DNA of 64,000 nucleotides. It comes from Bacilli bacterium (lineage in GTDB: Bacteria; Bacillota_I; Bacilli_A; RF39; UBA660). The stretch's first letter is position 1, and each line of letters begins with the position of its first letter. The stretch is taken from positions 17,878 to 81,877 of the forward strand of contig JBJEED010000091.1 of NCBI GenBank assembly GCA_051872765.1, given 5' to 3'. Positions 40,806 through 51,167 of this stretch are shown here, piece by piece. The notes under the pieces are model-generated. The model had not been told where the DNA came from. It saw nothing but the letters and a program-made list of their open reading frames with translations, and did not search any database. A program made the translations under genes and the position numbers.

Positions 40806-41351
40806 ATGATTTTATTTATTGATACTCATGCAGATTTAATTACAATCGCATTAAAAAATAATGATAATTTATATATTAAAACTCAAGAAAGTGAATATAG
40901 TCATTCAATATATACTATGCCAATGATAGAAAGCATATTTAAGGAAAATAATTTGGATGTTCATGATTTAAATAAAATAATAGTAGTTAATGGTCCTGGA
41001 AGTTTTACTGGTATTAGAATAGGTTTATCTATCGCTAAAACATTAGCATATGCTCTTAAAATTGATATTAATACTATATCTAGTTTAACAGCTTATTTAA
41101 TTAGTAGTAATATAAAGGGTACTAAAAAGGCCGTTATTGAAGATAATAAAGGATTTTATATTAGTGTATTTGATGAGAATAATAACCCTGTTACTGATGA
41201 ATTTTATAGTGATGAGGATACTTTAGAATATCCACTTGTAGATAAAAAAATAGATGTTAATAAAGTAATAGACTATTGTAGTAACATGAAAAGTGAAAAT
41301 CCACATCATATAAAAGCTAACTATATAAAGAAAATTGAGGTGGAAAAATAA
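40806..41351 (+). CDS. tsaB: t6A biosynthesis protein TsaB
   Basis: MILFIDT...GPGSFTGIRIGL; GAGGT RBS before ATG 40806. Confidence 0.93.
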   Translation: MILFIDTHADLITIALKNNDNLYIKTQESEYSHSIYTMPMIESIFKENNLDVHDLNKIIVVNGPGSFTGIRIGLSIAKTLAYALKIDINTISSLTAYLISSNIKGTKKAVIEDNKGFYISVFDENNNPVTDEFYSDEDTLEYPLVDKKIDVNKVIDYCSNMKSENPHHIKANYIKKIEVEK

Positions 41352-41683
41352 TGATTCAAAAGGAAATAATAAGTGATACAGATAGCGTGTATAACTATAT
41401 GCAAGGACAAACTGTTCTTGGGTATTTAGAAATAAGATTAGTGGATGGCGTTATAGATATTATGAATTTATATGTGAGTGAAGATGAAAGAAAAAAAGGA
41501 ATAGCAACCTCACTTATGAATGAAATGATTGAAAAAGAAGACTATAATAGAATAATGCTTGAAGTAAATGAAAATAATAATGAGGCTATTAGATTATATA
41601 CTAAACTTGGATTTAAAGAGATAAGTTTAAGAGAACGTTACTATAATGAAGATACAGCAATAATAATGGAGAAGGTGAAGTAA
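41351..41683 (+). CDS. rimI: RimI-like GNAT acetyltransferase
   Basis: RKKGIA, LEV..NN..AI.LY.KLGF...R..YY; lies between tsaB and tsaD. Confidence 0.85.
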   Translation: MIQKEIISDTDSVYNYMQGQTVLGYLEIRLVDGVIDIMNLYVSEDERKKGIATSLMNEMIEKEDYNRIMLEVNENNNEAIRLYTKLGFKEISLRERYYNEDTAIIMEKVK

Positions 41684-42684
41684 TGAAAGATGTATATATT
41701 TTAGCAGTTGAATCTTCGTGTGATGAGACTAGCGTTAGTATAATCAAAAATGGTTTTGAAGATATTGCTACTATAATCAATTCTCAAATAGACGTTCATA
41801 CTAAATATGGTGGAGTTGTTCCAGAAGTAGCAAGTAGGCTTCACCTTGAGAATATTACTATGGTGATTGATGAGTGTCTAAATAAAGCAAACATGAAATT
41901 AGAGGATATTGATGCATTTGCCTGTACTTATGCTCCGGGATTACTTGGAAGCTTACTCGTAGGAGTTGAAGCAACTAAAGCATTAGCTTTTGTATATAAA
42001 AAACCTTTTATTGCAACTAATCATATGATGGGACATATATATGCTAATATGATTGGTAATAAATTAGAATATCCATTACTTTCGTTAATTGTATCTGGAG
42101 GACACACTGATTTAATTTTAATGCAAAGTGAAAATGAATTTAAATATTTAGGTCAAACATTAGACGATGCGATTGGGGAAGCTTATGATAAAGTTGCAAG
42201 AATATTAAATCTTCCATATCCAGGTGGCCCAAATGTAGAAAAATATGCTTTAGAGGGACAACCTACATATAAAATGCCACAAATACTTAATGATGAATCT
42301 TTTAATTTTAGTTTTAGTGGTATTAAAAGTCATGTTAATAATTTAGTTCATAATGAAAAACAAAGAGGAAATGAAATAAGACAATATGATATTGCTAGAT
42401 CTTTTCAAGATTGTGTAACATCACATTTAGTTGATAAAACTAAAAAAGCACTTCTTAAATATAATTTAAAAACATTTTTAATTAGTGGTGGAGTTGCAGC
42501 TAATAATCATATTAGAGAGGCTTTAAAAGAAATGTGTGATAGTATTGGAGTAACTATGCATATGCCTCCTAAAAAGTATTGTACTGATAATGCTGCAATG
42601 ATAGGCGCAGCTGCTTATGTACTTTATAAAAATAAACAATTTGCTCCTTTGTCAACAAATGCTCAAAGTCATGTTAATTTATAA
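41683..42684 (+). CDS. tsaD: t6A synthase TsaD
   Basis: ESSCDET, GGVVPEVASRLH, HMMGH, VSGGHT, GEAYDK and CTDNAAMI. Confidence 0.98.
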   Translation: MKDVYILAVESSCDETSVSIIKNGFEDIATIINSQIDVHTKYGGVVPEVASRLHLENITMVIDECLNKANMKLEDIDAFACTYAPGLLGSLLVGVEATKALAFVYKKPFIATNHMMGHIYANMIGNKLEYPLLSLIVSGGHTDLILMQSENEFKYLGQTLDDAIGEAYDKVARILNLPYPGGPNVEKYALEGQPTYKMPQILNDESFNFSFSGIKSHVNNLVHNEKQRGNEIRQYDIARSFQDCVTSHLVDKTKKALLKYNLKTFLISGGVAANNHIREALKEMCDSIGVTMHMPPKKYCTDNAAMIGAAAYVLYKNKQFAPLSTNAQSHVNL

Positions 42685-42685
42685 T

Positions 42686-42718
42686 AAAAAAATTATGATT
42701 TTAACTCATAATTTTTTT
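42686..42718. terminator. Bidirectional terminator between convergent tsaD and the glycosyltransferase
   Basis: AAAAAAATTATGA-ttttaac-TCATAATTTTTTT. Confidence 0.6.
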
Positions 42719-43572
42719 TATAGCATATCTTCATCAAATCCATATTTATCTTTTATTATATAATTTGGTTCACTTCGATTAATATTTATTATTACATTTC
42801 TATTTAAAATTGCTGTGTAAGTTAAATTAACTCCACTTAATAGTAATAGTAAGAAAATTAATATTATTGTAAAAGTAGTCTTAGTAGCAATAATTGTAGT
42901 TATTAGAAAAATTATAGAAACTATAATTAGTGATATACCAATTAACATACAAATCAATATTGATTTTAAATTATTAGGTATTTCTATTTCATATTTATTT
43001 ACAGTATTAGTTTTAATTTTTTCATAATATACATTAAATCCTAATTTATTAAAAGTGTCATTACAAATAGCATTTTCTTTTGAAAAATTAATTATTGCTT
43101 TAATCATCTTTTTATTAAATATTCTACAATTAGTTTTATCATTAATGACATCAACTTTTAATAATTTTTTTAAAATATTAGTCCATATCTTTTGAAAAAT
43201 GTTTGGCTCTTTCATTTTTTTACATAAACAAATACTATCGTATTCTTCTTCATTCATACACATTATTAATTTTTTTATATAATTTGTTGAATATGTAAAA
43301 TCATAAACGCAGGCATAATCACATTGTGAATAGTTTAATGCAGCAACAATAGCGTTGTTATCATTGTATTTTTTAGATAATGATATTACCTTAATATTAT
43401 CTTCATCTTTCATTTGTATTTTTTTTAGTTCTTCAAATGTATTATCAGTAGAACCATTATCAACTAATATAATTTTATATTTTAAACCTTTTAATTCAAC
43501 TAATAGTTTTTCATAACATGCATTTATATTATTTTCTTTATTGTGTGCGAGTATAATTATATCTGTTTTCAT
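42718..43572 (-). CDS. GT2-family (GtrB/YkcC-like) glycosyltransferase, divergent
   Basis: IILVDNGSTDNT; two C-terminal TM segments; P.YII tail. Confidence 0.75.
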   Translation of the reverse strand: MKTDIIILAHNKENNINACYEKLLVELKGLKYKIILVDNGSTDNTFEELKKIQMKDEDNIKVISLSKKYNDNNAIVAALNYSQCDYACVYDFTYSTNYIKKLIMCMNEEEYDSICLCKKMKEPNIFQKIWTNILKKLLKVDVINDKTNCRIFNKKMIKAIINFSKENAICNDTFNKLGFNVYYEKIKTNTVNKYEIEIPNNLKSILICMLIGISLIIVSIIFLITTIIATKTTFTIILIFLLLLLSGVNLTYTAILNRNVIININRSEPNYIIKDKYGFDEDML

Positions 43573-43580
43573 GTAATCTC

Positions 43581-44069
43581 CTAGTATCCAAAAGTACCAT
43601 TTAAACTATCATCATTGTCAATTAGTTCTTGTACCATTATTGTTCTATATTTGTCTTTAGTATCTCTAAATACCATTTTAGTAATTCCACTATTAATTAT
43701 TGCTCTTTTGCACATTGCACATGGCATAGAGTTTTTTACATATTCATTTGTTTTAGCATCAACGCCTACTTCATATAAAGTTGCACCAATCATATCTTTT
43801 CTTGATGCTGATATAATTGCGTTTTGTTCAGCATGAACACTTCTACAAAGCTCATATCTTTCTCCTCTTGGAACATTTAGTTCTTCTCTAATACATTTTC
43901 CAAGATCAATACAATTCTTTCTACCCCTTGGAGCACCATTATATCCAGTTGATATTATTTCATCATCCTTAACTATAACTGCTCCCCATTTTCTTCTAAT
44001 ACATGTAGATCTTTCTAATGCTGCTTCTGCTATATCTAAATAATAATTATCTTTATCCACTCTTATCAT
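43581..44069 (-). CDS. dCMP deaminase family protein
   Basis: RSTC.RR..GAVIV, TGYNGAP, VHAEQNAI and PCAMC. Confidence 0.92.
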   Translation of the reverse strand: MIRVDKDNYYLDIAEAALERSTCIRRKWGAVIVKDDEIISTGYNGAPRGRKNCIDLGKCIREELNVPRGERYELCRSVHAEQNAIISASRKDMIGATLYEVGVDAKTNEYVKNSMPCAMCKRAIINSGITKMVFRDTKDKYRTIMVQELIDNDDSLNGTFGY

Positions 44070-44163
44070 ACTTCATAACCTCTATTTTTTTAATTTTATC
44101 ATAATATATTAAATAATAAAACATTTTTGTCATTAAAAAAGTATTTAAGTAATAAAATTTTAT

Positions 44164-46692
44164 ATGAATACTAATAAGATAAATGGTTTAAATGAAGAAG
44201 AAGTTATTAAAAATAGAAAAGCTTTTGGTGATAATAAATTAACTAATAAAAAAAAAGTAACTATTTTTAGTTTGATATTAGAATCATTAAATGATCCGAT
44301 TGTTAAAATATTATTAATTGCTCTTGCAGTTAAAGTATTGCTTATATTTAATAAAAATGATTTATTTGAGACTCTAGGTATTGCAATAGCTGTATTTTTA
44401 GCATCTTTTATATCAGTTATATCAGAATATGGTAGTGAAAAGGCATTTGAAAGACTAAATGAAGAGAATAATATGATAGATGTAAAAGTAATAAGAAATA
44501 ACAAAAGGAAAATAATAAGTATTGATGATGTTGTAGTAGGTGATATAGTATTAATAGAAAGTGGAGATAAAATACCTGCTGATGGAATAATAATTGATGG
44601 AGAATTATATGTAGATGAGAGTAGTTTAACAGGTGAGTCAAAAGAAAAATATAAAGCATATAATGATGTTGTGTATAGAGGAAGCGTAGTTACTTCTAAG
44701 CATGCAATTATTAAAATAAATAATGTAGGAGATAAAACTTTTTATGGTAAAGTGGCATCAGAAATACAAGAAGAAAAAATTGAAAGTCCACTTAAATTAA
44801 GACTTAGAAATTTGGCAAAAATAATTAGTATATTTGGTTATATTTCAGCAATATTGGTATTTGTTTCTTACTTATTAAATGCAGTTATAATACCTAATGA
44901 TTATAGCAATATTTTATCTCATATATTATATGCACTTACTCTTAGTGTAGCTGTAGTTGTAATGGCAGTACCTGAGGGGTTACCTATGATGATTACACTA
45001 GTATTGTCATCTAATATGAAAAGGCTTTTAAAGAGAAATGTATTAGTTAGAAAATTAGTTGGTATAGAAACATCAGGTTCATTAAATATTTTATTTACAG
45101 ATAAAACAGGTACTCTTACTGAAGGTAAATTAAAAGTAATAGAATTTCTAGATGCATCACTAAATAAAGTTAATTATTTGAATGATATATATTATCAGTC
45201 ATTAGTTTATAATAATGATTCTTTTTATATTAATAACGAAGTAACAGGTAGTAATACTACAGATAGAGCTATTTTAGAATATTGTAAAACTGATAGTAAA
45301 GATAAATACAAAATACTTAAAAAAGAAGAATTTAGTAGTGAAATTAAATATTCTAGTGTAACCACTAATTATAATAATAAGACTACTTTTTATAAAGGTG
45401 CATATGAACTCATAGTTGATAAGTGTAGCATGTATTTGAATTCTAATATGGAAGAAAAAGTATTACTTGAAAAAGAAAAAATTTTAGAATTTATAAAATC
45501 TAGAACATCTAATGGTCAAAGAGTTATTGCTCTTGCATATTCAAACAGTAATAAGTTTGATAAATTAGTTTTAACAGGTTTTATATTTTTAAAGGATAAC
45601 ATCAGAAAAGAAGCATATGATGCGATTAATGATATAAAATCTTCTGGTATTAATGTTGTTATGATTACTGGTGATGCGAAAGATACTGCATGTAGTATTG
45701 CTAAAGAGTTAAAAATAATAAATAATAAAAATGATATTGTTATTACTAGTGAAGAATTTAATAAAATGAGTGATAATGAAGTATTAAGTAAACTTAATAA
45801 TATAAAAGTGTTATGTAGAAGTCTTCCACAGGATAAAAATAGACTAGTTAAATTAGCTCAAATGAAAGGATTAATTGTTGGTATGACAGGAGATGGAATA
45901 AACGATGCTCCTGCGCTTAGACATGCTGATGTAGGTTTCGCTATGGGAAGCGGTAGTGAAGTTGCAAAAGAAACAAGTGATATAATAATATTAGATAATA
46001 ATATTTCTTCTATTTCATGGGCTATATTATATGGAAGAACAATATTTAAAAATATAAGAAAATTTGTTACATTTCAATTGAGTGTAAATTTGTGTGCTGT
46101 TTTATTAAGTATAATAGGACCATTTATAGGAGTATTATCTCCAATAACTGTTATACAAGTATTATGGGTTAATATGGTAATGGACACATTCTCTGGACTT
46201 GCATTTTCATTTGAACCAGCATTAAAAGAATATATGAAAGAACCTCCAAAACCAAAAGATGAAAAGATAATAAATTCATATATGTTAAATCAAATAATTG
46301 TAGATGGTATCTATGGCACATTTCTTTGTATTTTCTTTTTGAAATCAACTTTTACTAAGGCTATATATAGTTTTGATGTAACTGATAAGTATTTGCTTAC
46401 TGCTTTTTTTGGACTATTTATATTTCTTGATATATTTTTAGCTTTTAATTCAAGAACTCATAGATTAAATATATTATCAAATTTATTAAAAAATAAAATA
46501 TTTTTAATCATGTTTACTTTTATTACAATAGTACAAATAATACTTATATATTATGGAGGGGAATTATTTAGAACTACAGGTCTTACATTGATAGAATTTG
46601 AAATAATGATATTATTTGCTTTTTCTATAGTTATTGTAGATATAATAAGAAAAATTGTATTGAAAAAAAAGAACATAGAAAGAAGCTTTTAA
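44164..46692 (+). CDS. P-type (Ca2+-type, P2) cation-transporting ATPase
   Basis: DESSLTGES, VPEGLP, DKTGTLT, MITGD and TGDGINDAPAL. Confidence 0.95.
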   Translation: MNTNKINGLNEEEVIKNRKAFGDNKLTNKKKVTIFSLILESLNDPIVKILLIALAVKVLLIFNKNDLFETLGIAIAVFLASFISVISEYGSEKAFERLNEENNMIDVKVIRNNKRKIISIDDVVVGDIVLIESGDKIPADGIIIDGELYVDESSLTGESKEKYKAYNDVVYRGSVVTSKHAIIKINNVGDKTFYGKVASEIQEEKIESPLKLRLRNLAKIISIFGYISAILVFVSYLLNAVIIPNDYSNILSHILYALTLSVAVVVMAVPEGLPMMITLVLSSNMKRLLKRNVLVRKLVGIETSGSLNILFTDKTGTLTEGKLKVIEFLDASLNKVNYLNDIYYQSLVYNNDSFYINNEVTGSNTTDRAILEYCKTDSKDKYKILKKEEFSSEIKYSSVTTNYNNKTTFYKGAYELIVDKCSMYLNSNMEEKVLLEKEKILEFIKSRTSNGQRVIALAYSNSNKFDKLVLTGFIFLKDNIRKEAYDAINDIKSSGINVVMITGDAKDTACSIAKELKIINNKNDIVITSEEFNKMSDNEVLSKLNNIKVLCRSLPQDKNRLVKLAQMKGLIVGMTGDGINDAPALRHADVGFAMGSGSEVAKETSDIIILDNNISSISWAILYGRTIFKNIRKFVTFQLSVNLCAVLLSIIGPFIGVLSPITVIQVLWVNMVMDTFSGLAFSFEPALKEYMKEPPKPKDEKIINSYMLNQIIVDGIYGTFLCIFFLKSTFTKAIYSFDVTDKYLLTAFFGLFIFLDIFLAFNSRTHRLNILSNLLKNKIFLIMFTFITIVQIILIYYGGELFRTTGLTLIEFEIMILFAFSIVIVDIIRKIVLKKKNIERSF

Positions 46693-46696
46693 TATA

Positions 46697-48448
46697 TTAA
46701 TTTCTATTATATTTTAATGCTCTTTTATATTCATCTCTCATAAGTAGAAGTTCCATACTTCTTAAATTAAAATATTCTACTAGTCTTTCAAATTGTTCAA
46801 AATCAAAATCAAAATCTTTATCTTTGAATATAAATTTATGTGCTAAATATTGTTCATATAAATCAGGATATTTTCTAAGTGGGTCGCAAGATTGCGTATA
46901 TGTGTAAATTCCCATACCACTATGGTATAAAGGAGAAGTTGAGTATCTACTATCTAAATATAATTCACTTACTATATCTTTAATATATTGATAGTTTCCA
47001 ATACCACATTCATCTAATAATTCACTTATATATTCACCATCTTGATATCTATAAATATATGGAATATTATTTTCATTACAATATTTACCGAATAAAGTAT
47101 TATATAAAACCATAAATTCTCTTATAATCATATCGCCTTTAAAACTAATATTTTTGTAGTTTACACTTTTTGATTTTTCTTTTTTATCCCAGTATCTACT
47201 TTTTTTAATATCATTATATTCAAGTGCTTTAGATAGCATAAATAATTCTTCTAGTTGTCTTTTTAGTTCACTTTTATCACTACTATTCATAATTTCTTCG
47301 TTTTGTAAATATGAAAGGTTTCTACTAACTATAATAGTGTTCTTTTTAATATAATAATCTAATATCTCACCACTATCATTCATTACTACATATAATGATA
47401 TTGTATCTCTAGATTTACCTTTATCAAGTGATAGTGCATTTTCATATTCATGTGGTAGTATTCTCGTATTACCATATCTATATATACATTTAAAGTTATT
47501 TTTAGCATTAAGATCAACATCACTAAAAGGATCAATGTGTTTTCCTGCATCAGCAATATGTATGCCCACTATATATTTATTTCCATCTTTTTTAATGCTC
47601 AAGCCATCGTCTCTTAGTTTAGTATTATCACCATCTATAGTAAATATCTTCTCGTTTATACCTTTAGCTTTAGGTTCTAGTATAATTCCACTTTCAGGTA
47701 TCTTTTTTATTAAATTGTATTTATCTAGTATTTCACTTGGGGTTAAAGAAAATTTATTTCCATTTAATAAAGATACTATTTCTTTTGCAAATGGATTATC
47801 TTCTAAACCAATTAAATAGCTTTTATATTTATCATGTTCTATATCAGGATTATCTAATATTCTAAGTAATGTTAAGTAGTAGTATATATTCTCATTATTA
47901 TTATTTATAGATGAGATAGTTTTTTTAAAAACAAAATCAAATAAATCTGTTTTTTCTATTGATATAACATTTTTATATTCATTTATAAATTTTTTAATAA
48001 TATTAGGATTTTCATTTTTATTTATAAGAATTTTTATAAATTTAACAAAACCTTCTGTATACATTTGTTTATCTAAAATTATACTTTCTAATCTTTCCAC
48101 ATTATCTATAAGAGATTGATTATTATATTTATTTGCATAAGACATTATGGATAATTTAGCTTTTTTAATTCGTTCCTTATTAACTATTATTTCTTTTTCG
48201 GTAAATGTTCTATTATTGCATAGTACATAAATCATATTAACACATTTAGTAATGCATTCATCTATATATTCATCTTCACCATTTGATAATTTATATATGT
48301 AATCATTTAAAATATCAAATGATATTTTAATAATTTTATTGATTGTAATATTTTTATGTTCATTAAGCTTTCCAAAAAGTTTATCTACACTTTTTGAATC
48401 AATTTTATCATGTAATATAAATCTTTTAATAACTGCTTTAGTGTCCAT
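46697..48448 (-). CDS. RNB-domain (RNase II/R family) protein, atypical architecture
   Basis: FTIDGDNTKLRDDGLS, VGIHIAD, IREFMVLYN, H.GMG...Y...PLRKYPDL. Confidence 0.82.
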   Translation of the reverse strand: MDTKAVIKRFILHDKIDSKSVDKLFGKLNEHKNITINKIIKISFDILNDYIYKLSNGEDEYIDECITKCVNMIYVLCNNRTFTEKEIIVNKERIKKAKLSIMSYANKYNNQSLIDNVERLESIILDKQMYTEGFVKFIKILINKNENPNIIKKFINEYKNVISIEKTDLFDFVFKKTISSINNNNENIYYYLTLLRILDNPDIEHDKYKSYLIGLEDNPFAKEIVSLLNGNKFSLTPSEILDKYNLIKKIPESGIILEPKAKGINEKIFTIDGDNTKLRDDGLSIKKDGNKYIVGIHIADAGKHIDPFSDVDLNAKNNFKCIYRYGNTRILPHEYENALSLDKGKSRDTISLYVVMNDSGEILDYYIKKNTIIVSRNLSYLQNEEIMNSSDKSELKRQLEELFMLSKALEYNDIKKSRYWDKKEKSKSVNYKNISFKGDMIIREFMVLYNTLFGKYCNENNIPYIYRYQDGEYISELLDECGIGNYQYIKDIVSELYLDSRYSTSPLYHSGMGIYTYTQSCDPLRKYPDLYEQYLAHKFIFKDKDFDFDFEQFERLVEYFNLRSMELLLMRDEYKRALKYNRN

Positions 48449-48530
48449 AATAATCTCCAGACTTATGTTATCATATTACAATTTAATTTTACAAGTAAAT
48501 ATGATATAATTTTTTTATAAAGGAGCAGTT

Positions 48531-49019
48531 ATGTATAAATATAAAAAGAATATTATAAGAGTTTTAACTTGTATTTATGTAATTTTATCAATAATAGAAT
48601 TTATTAAATATTTTTTTGTGAATAGTAATTTATTTGGTTTAATATATTTAATTATAAATATATTTATTATATTTTTATTAGTACCGGTAGCTTATAATTA
48701 CAATAAATACTATTCTATACCTAGAATTAGTAAGTTAATAATGGTAATAATATTGGGTATATTTAGTAGTTATATATTGAATAATATTGTAATTAATAAT
48801 ATGAGCTATACTGATGCTTCTATTATATATAATAATAAAATTTTTATAACAAAAAATATATTAAAAGTGATAGTTTACTTTGCACTAACTATATTTACAA
48901 TATTTGAATTTAAACTAGATAAATTAATAAAGAATATAACGGATAATAACAAAACGATTAATAAAAGTACTAAACGAAAAAAAATCAAACATAGACAAAA
49001 TAAAAAGAAAATGGTATAA
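48531..49019 (+). CDS. Hypothetical membrane protein (4 TM)
   Basis: AAGGAG RBS; hydrophobic segments; basic tail. Confidence 0.75.
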   Translation: MYKYKKNIIRVLTCIYVILSIIEFIKYFFVNSNLFGLIYLIINIFIIFLLVPVAYNYNKYYSIPRISKLIMVIILGIFSSYILNNIVINNMSYTDASIIYNNKIFITKNILKVIVYFALTIFTIFEFKLDKLIKNITDNNKTINKSTKRKKIKHRQNKKKMV

Positions 49020-49056
49020 TATGAAAAAATTTAAGTTTTTTTTTGGGGGGGGTAAA

Positions 49057-49713
49057 ATGAAAATTGTTGTAATTGAAAGCAAAAAAGATTTAGACAGTAT
49101 AAGAAATATTGATGATGATAGAATATTATTATTTTTTGTAAAAGATATTAAATTTGATGGGGAATTTGAACCTATTAATAAAGAAAATTGTGAGATAATT
49201 ATATTTGGAAATAATTGTACTTTAGAAAATATTGTTATAAATAAACCTAATACTAATGATATTGGTTTGTTTTCAAAAGTTAAAAGTATGAATGTTAGAG
49301 ATCTAAAAATATTAAATTCACATATTAAATCTGGTGAGGTTTGTGGTTCATTAGTAGGAAGAGTAGATAATTCAATTAAGGCAAAAAATGTTACTGTTTA
49401 TGCTAATATTGATTCTGATAGTATCATTGGAGGAATTGTAGGTTCTACAAGAACAGCGAATATTTCAAATTGTAGTATTAGTGGTAATTTTTCAGCAAGA
49501 GGTATAATAGGGGGGTTAATTGGTATATGTAATTCTTTTGAAGGAAATAAAAATAACATAGATTCATTTTCTTTTAATACTGATCCAAACTATACCACAT
49601 GTACTATACATTTGGATGTAGGTTATTTAAGTGAAAGAGAAGAAAAAAATCTAACAATGAAATTAATACCTTTAATGAAAGATACAACTTTATCGGAGTA
49701 TTACATAAAGTAA
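49057..49713 (+). CDS. Hypothetical beta-helix/GLUG-like repeat protein
   Basis: IGLFS...CGSLVG...IGGIVG...IGGLIG repeats; probable start ATG 49057 (track start 49021). Confidence 0.6.
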   Translation: MKIVVIESKKDLDSIRNIDDDRILLFFVKDIKFDGEFEPINKENCEIIIFGNNCTLENIVINKPNTNDIGLFSKVKSMNVRDLKILNSHIKSGEVCGSLVGRVDNSIKAKNVTVYANIDSDSIIGGIVGSTRTANISNCSISGNFSARGIIGGLIGICNSFEGNKNNIDSFSFNTDPNYTTCTIHLDVGYLSEREEKNLTMKLIPLMKDTTLSEYYIK

Positions 49714-49885
49714 TACTCTCTTTTAATTGGCTATAAAATATTAGTATTTTTTATAAAAGTATTGATTCTTTATAAAAAAAATGTATAATAATATCTCGAA
49801 ATATCAATTAAAATAATAGGTTAGTTGACAAAAGGCATATTTTATGGTATAATATGCACAATTAACAAAAGGGGGAAAGGTTGTT

Positions 49886-51145
49886 ATGAATGAAAGTTTA
49901 TTATTAAATATGAGAAAGTTCAAAAATGAACTAAAAAATGAAAGATTAATTTTAGTTGAGCAATATAATCAAGCTACTACTGTTGCTGAGAAGAATGAGA
50001 TTGTTGATAGAGTAGAAGTACTAGATGCTATTTTTAGAGAAGTGGTTGCTGCTATTGTTGCTAAAGATGAAAGTAAATTAGAAGAATTAGCTGAAAAATA
50101 TGGTGTTAAATACGATAAAGACGAAAAAGAAACTAATTCTAAATTACCAGAAGAAAAGGTAAATGATAAAAAATCATTTTTTAAACAATTACCAATATGT
50201 TTACTAGCTGGTATTGCAGGTGGATTACTTGGACGTTGCGCTTATGACTTATTAAATGCTAATACTGCTATTGAAGAAGATATGGATGAAGATTTAACTT
50301 CTGATAAAAAAGTTAGTAAAAATGAAAAACCATTTGAAGTATATGGTGAGTTTAATGATTCTTCAAATGAAAAACAAATTCAAAATAGAGCAGTTTGGTT
50401 CTATGATAATTATGTTTCTAAAAATTCAGGTGTTAATCAAATCAGTACAAATGATCTTATGAATGTAATTAGAATGACAAATGGAGAATTTAAATTAGAT
50501 GATAGTGGAAATATTACTTATAATGCCATGGATATTATAGATGCTGCAAATGATATTCACACTATTGCAAATTATGCTTCATTTTCTCAAAATAAAAATA
50601 ATTTAACATTTGTGCCATATGCTCCATTATTTGAAGATGGGTCATTAGCACAACAAGGCGCTACTATATTGGATGATGCATATAAAAAAGTAGTAGATGC
50701 AATTAAAGCTGATGATGTAGAAGCATTTAAAGAAGCAGCAAAGCAATGGGGAATTGCAGTTGTAAATATTTTTGAACAAAATGATTTTACTGGTAAATAT
50801 CCAAGTGTATTTCAAATGGAGCCAGCTCAAGCATATCAATTATATCAAGTGATGTATGCTACATATGGAACAACAATTTTTGAATATGGACAATCAAGAA
50901 ATGTAAATATTTGTATTCCATATTGTACTGATTATAATAGTTCAGAATTAGTAGAAACTCCATTATCTGAAATTATTTATCAGTTAAATGAAGTTCCAAC
51001 AGATTGGGTTGCTAAGAGAAGTGGACATGAAAGTGAATATGCAGAAAATAACTTGTCATTACCAGAAGAGTTGTATTTAGCATCTAAGAATTATTATGAT
51101 AGTAAATATGAGTTAGAGATTGGTAAAAGTAGAGTTTTAAAATAA
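49886..51145 (+). CDS. Hypothetical protein with a single internal TM segment
   Basis: 419-aa ORF; TTGACA...TGGTATAAT promoter upstream (49825-49853). Confidence 0.75.
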   Translation: MNESLLLNMRKFKNELKNERLILVEQYNQATTVAEKNEIVDRVEVLDAIFREVVAAIVAKDESKLEELAEKYGVKYDKDEKETNSKLPEEKVNDKKSFFKQLPICLLAGIAGGLLGRCAYDLLNANTAIEEDMDEDLTSDKKVSKNEKPFEVYGEFNDSSNEKQIQNRAVWFYDNYVSKNSGVNQISTNDLMNVIRMTNGEFKLDDSGNITYNAMDIIDAANDIHTIANYASFSQNKNNLTFVPYAPLFEDGSLAQQGATILDDAYKKVVDAIKADDVEAFKEAAKQWGIAVVNIFEQNDFTGKYPSVFQMEPAQAYQLYQVMYATYGTTIFEYGQSRNVNICIPYCTDYNSSELVETPLSEIIYQLNEVPTDWVAKRSGHESEYAENNLSLPEELYLASKNYYDSKYELEIGKSRVLK

Positions 51146-51167
51146 TATATTAAAGGGGGATATTAAA

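Noticed and set aside
43581-44069. Deaminase as an anti-phage dCTP deaminase
   Set aside because: A short stand-alone dCMP deaminase/ComEB-type protein with no kinase-like domain and no defence context.
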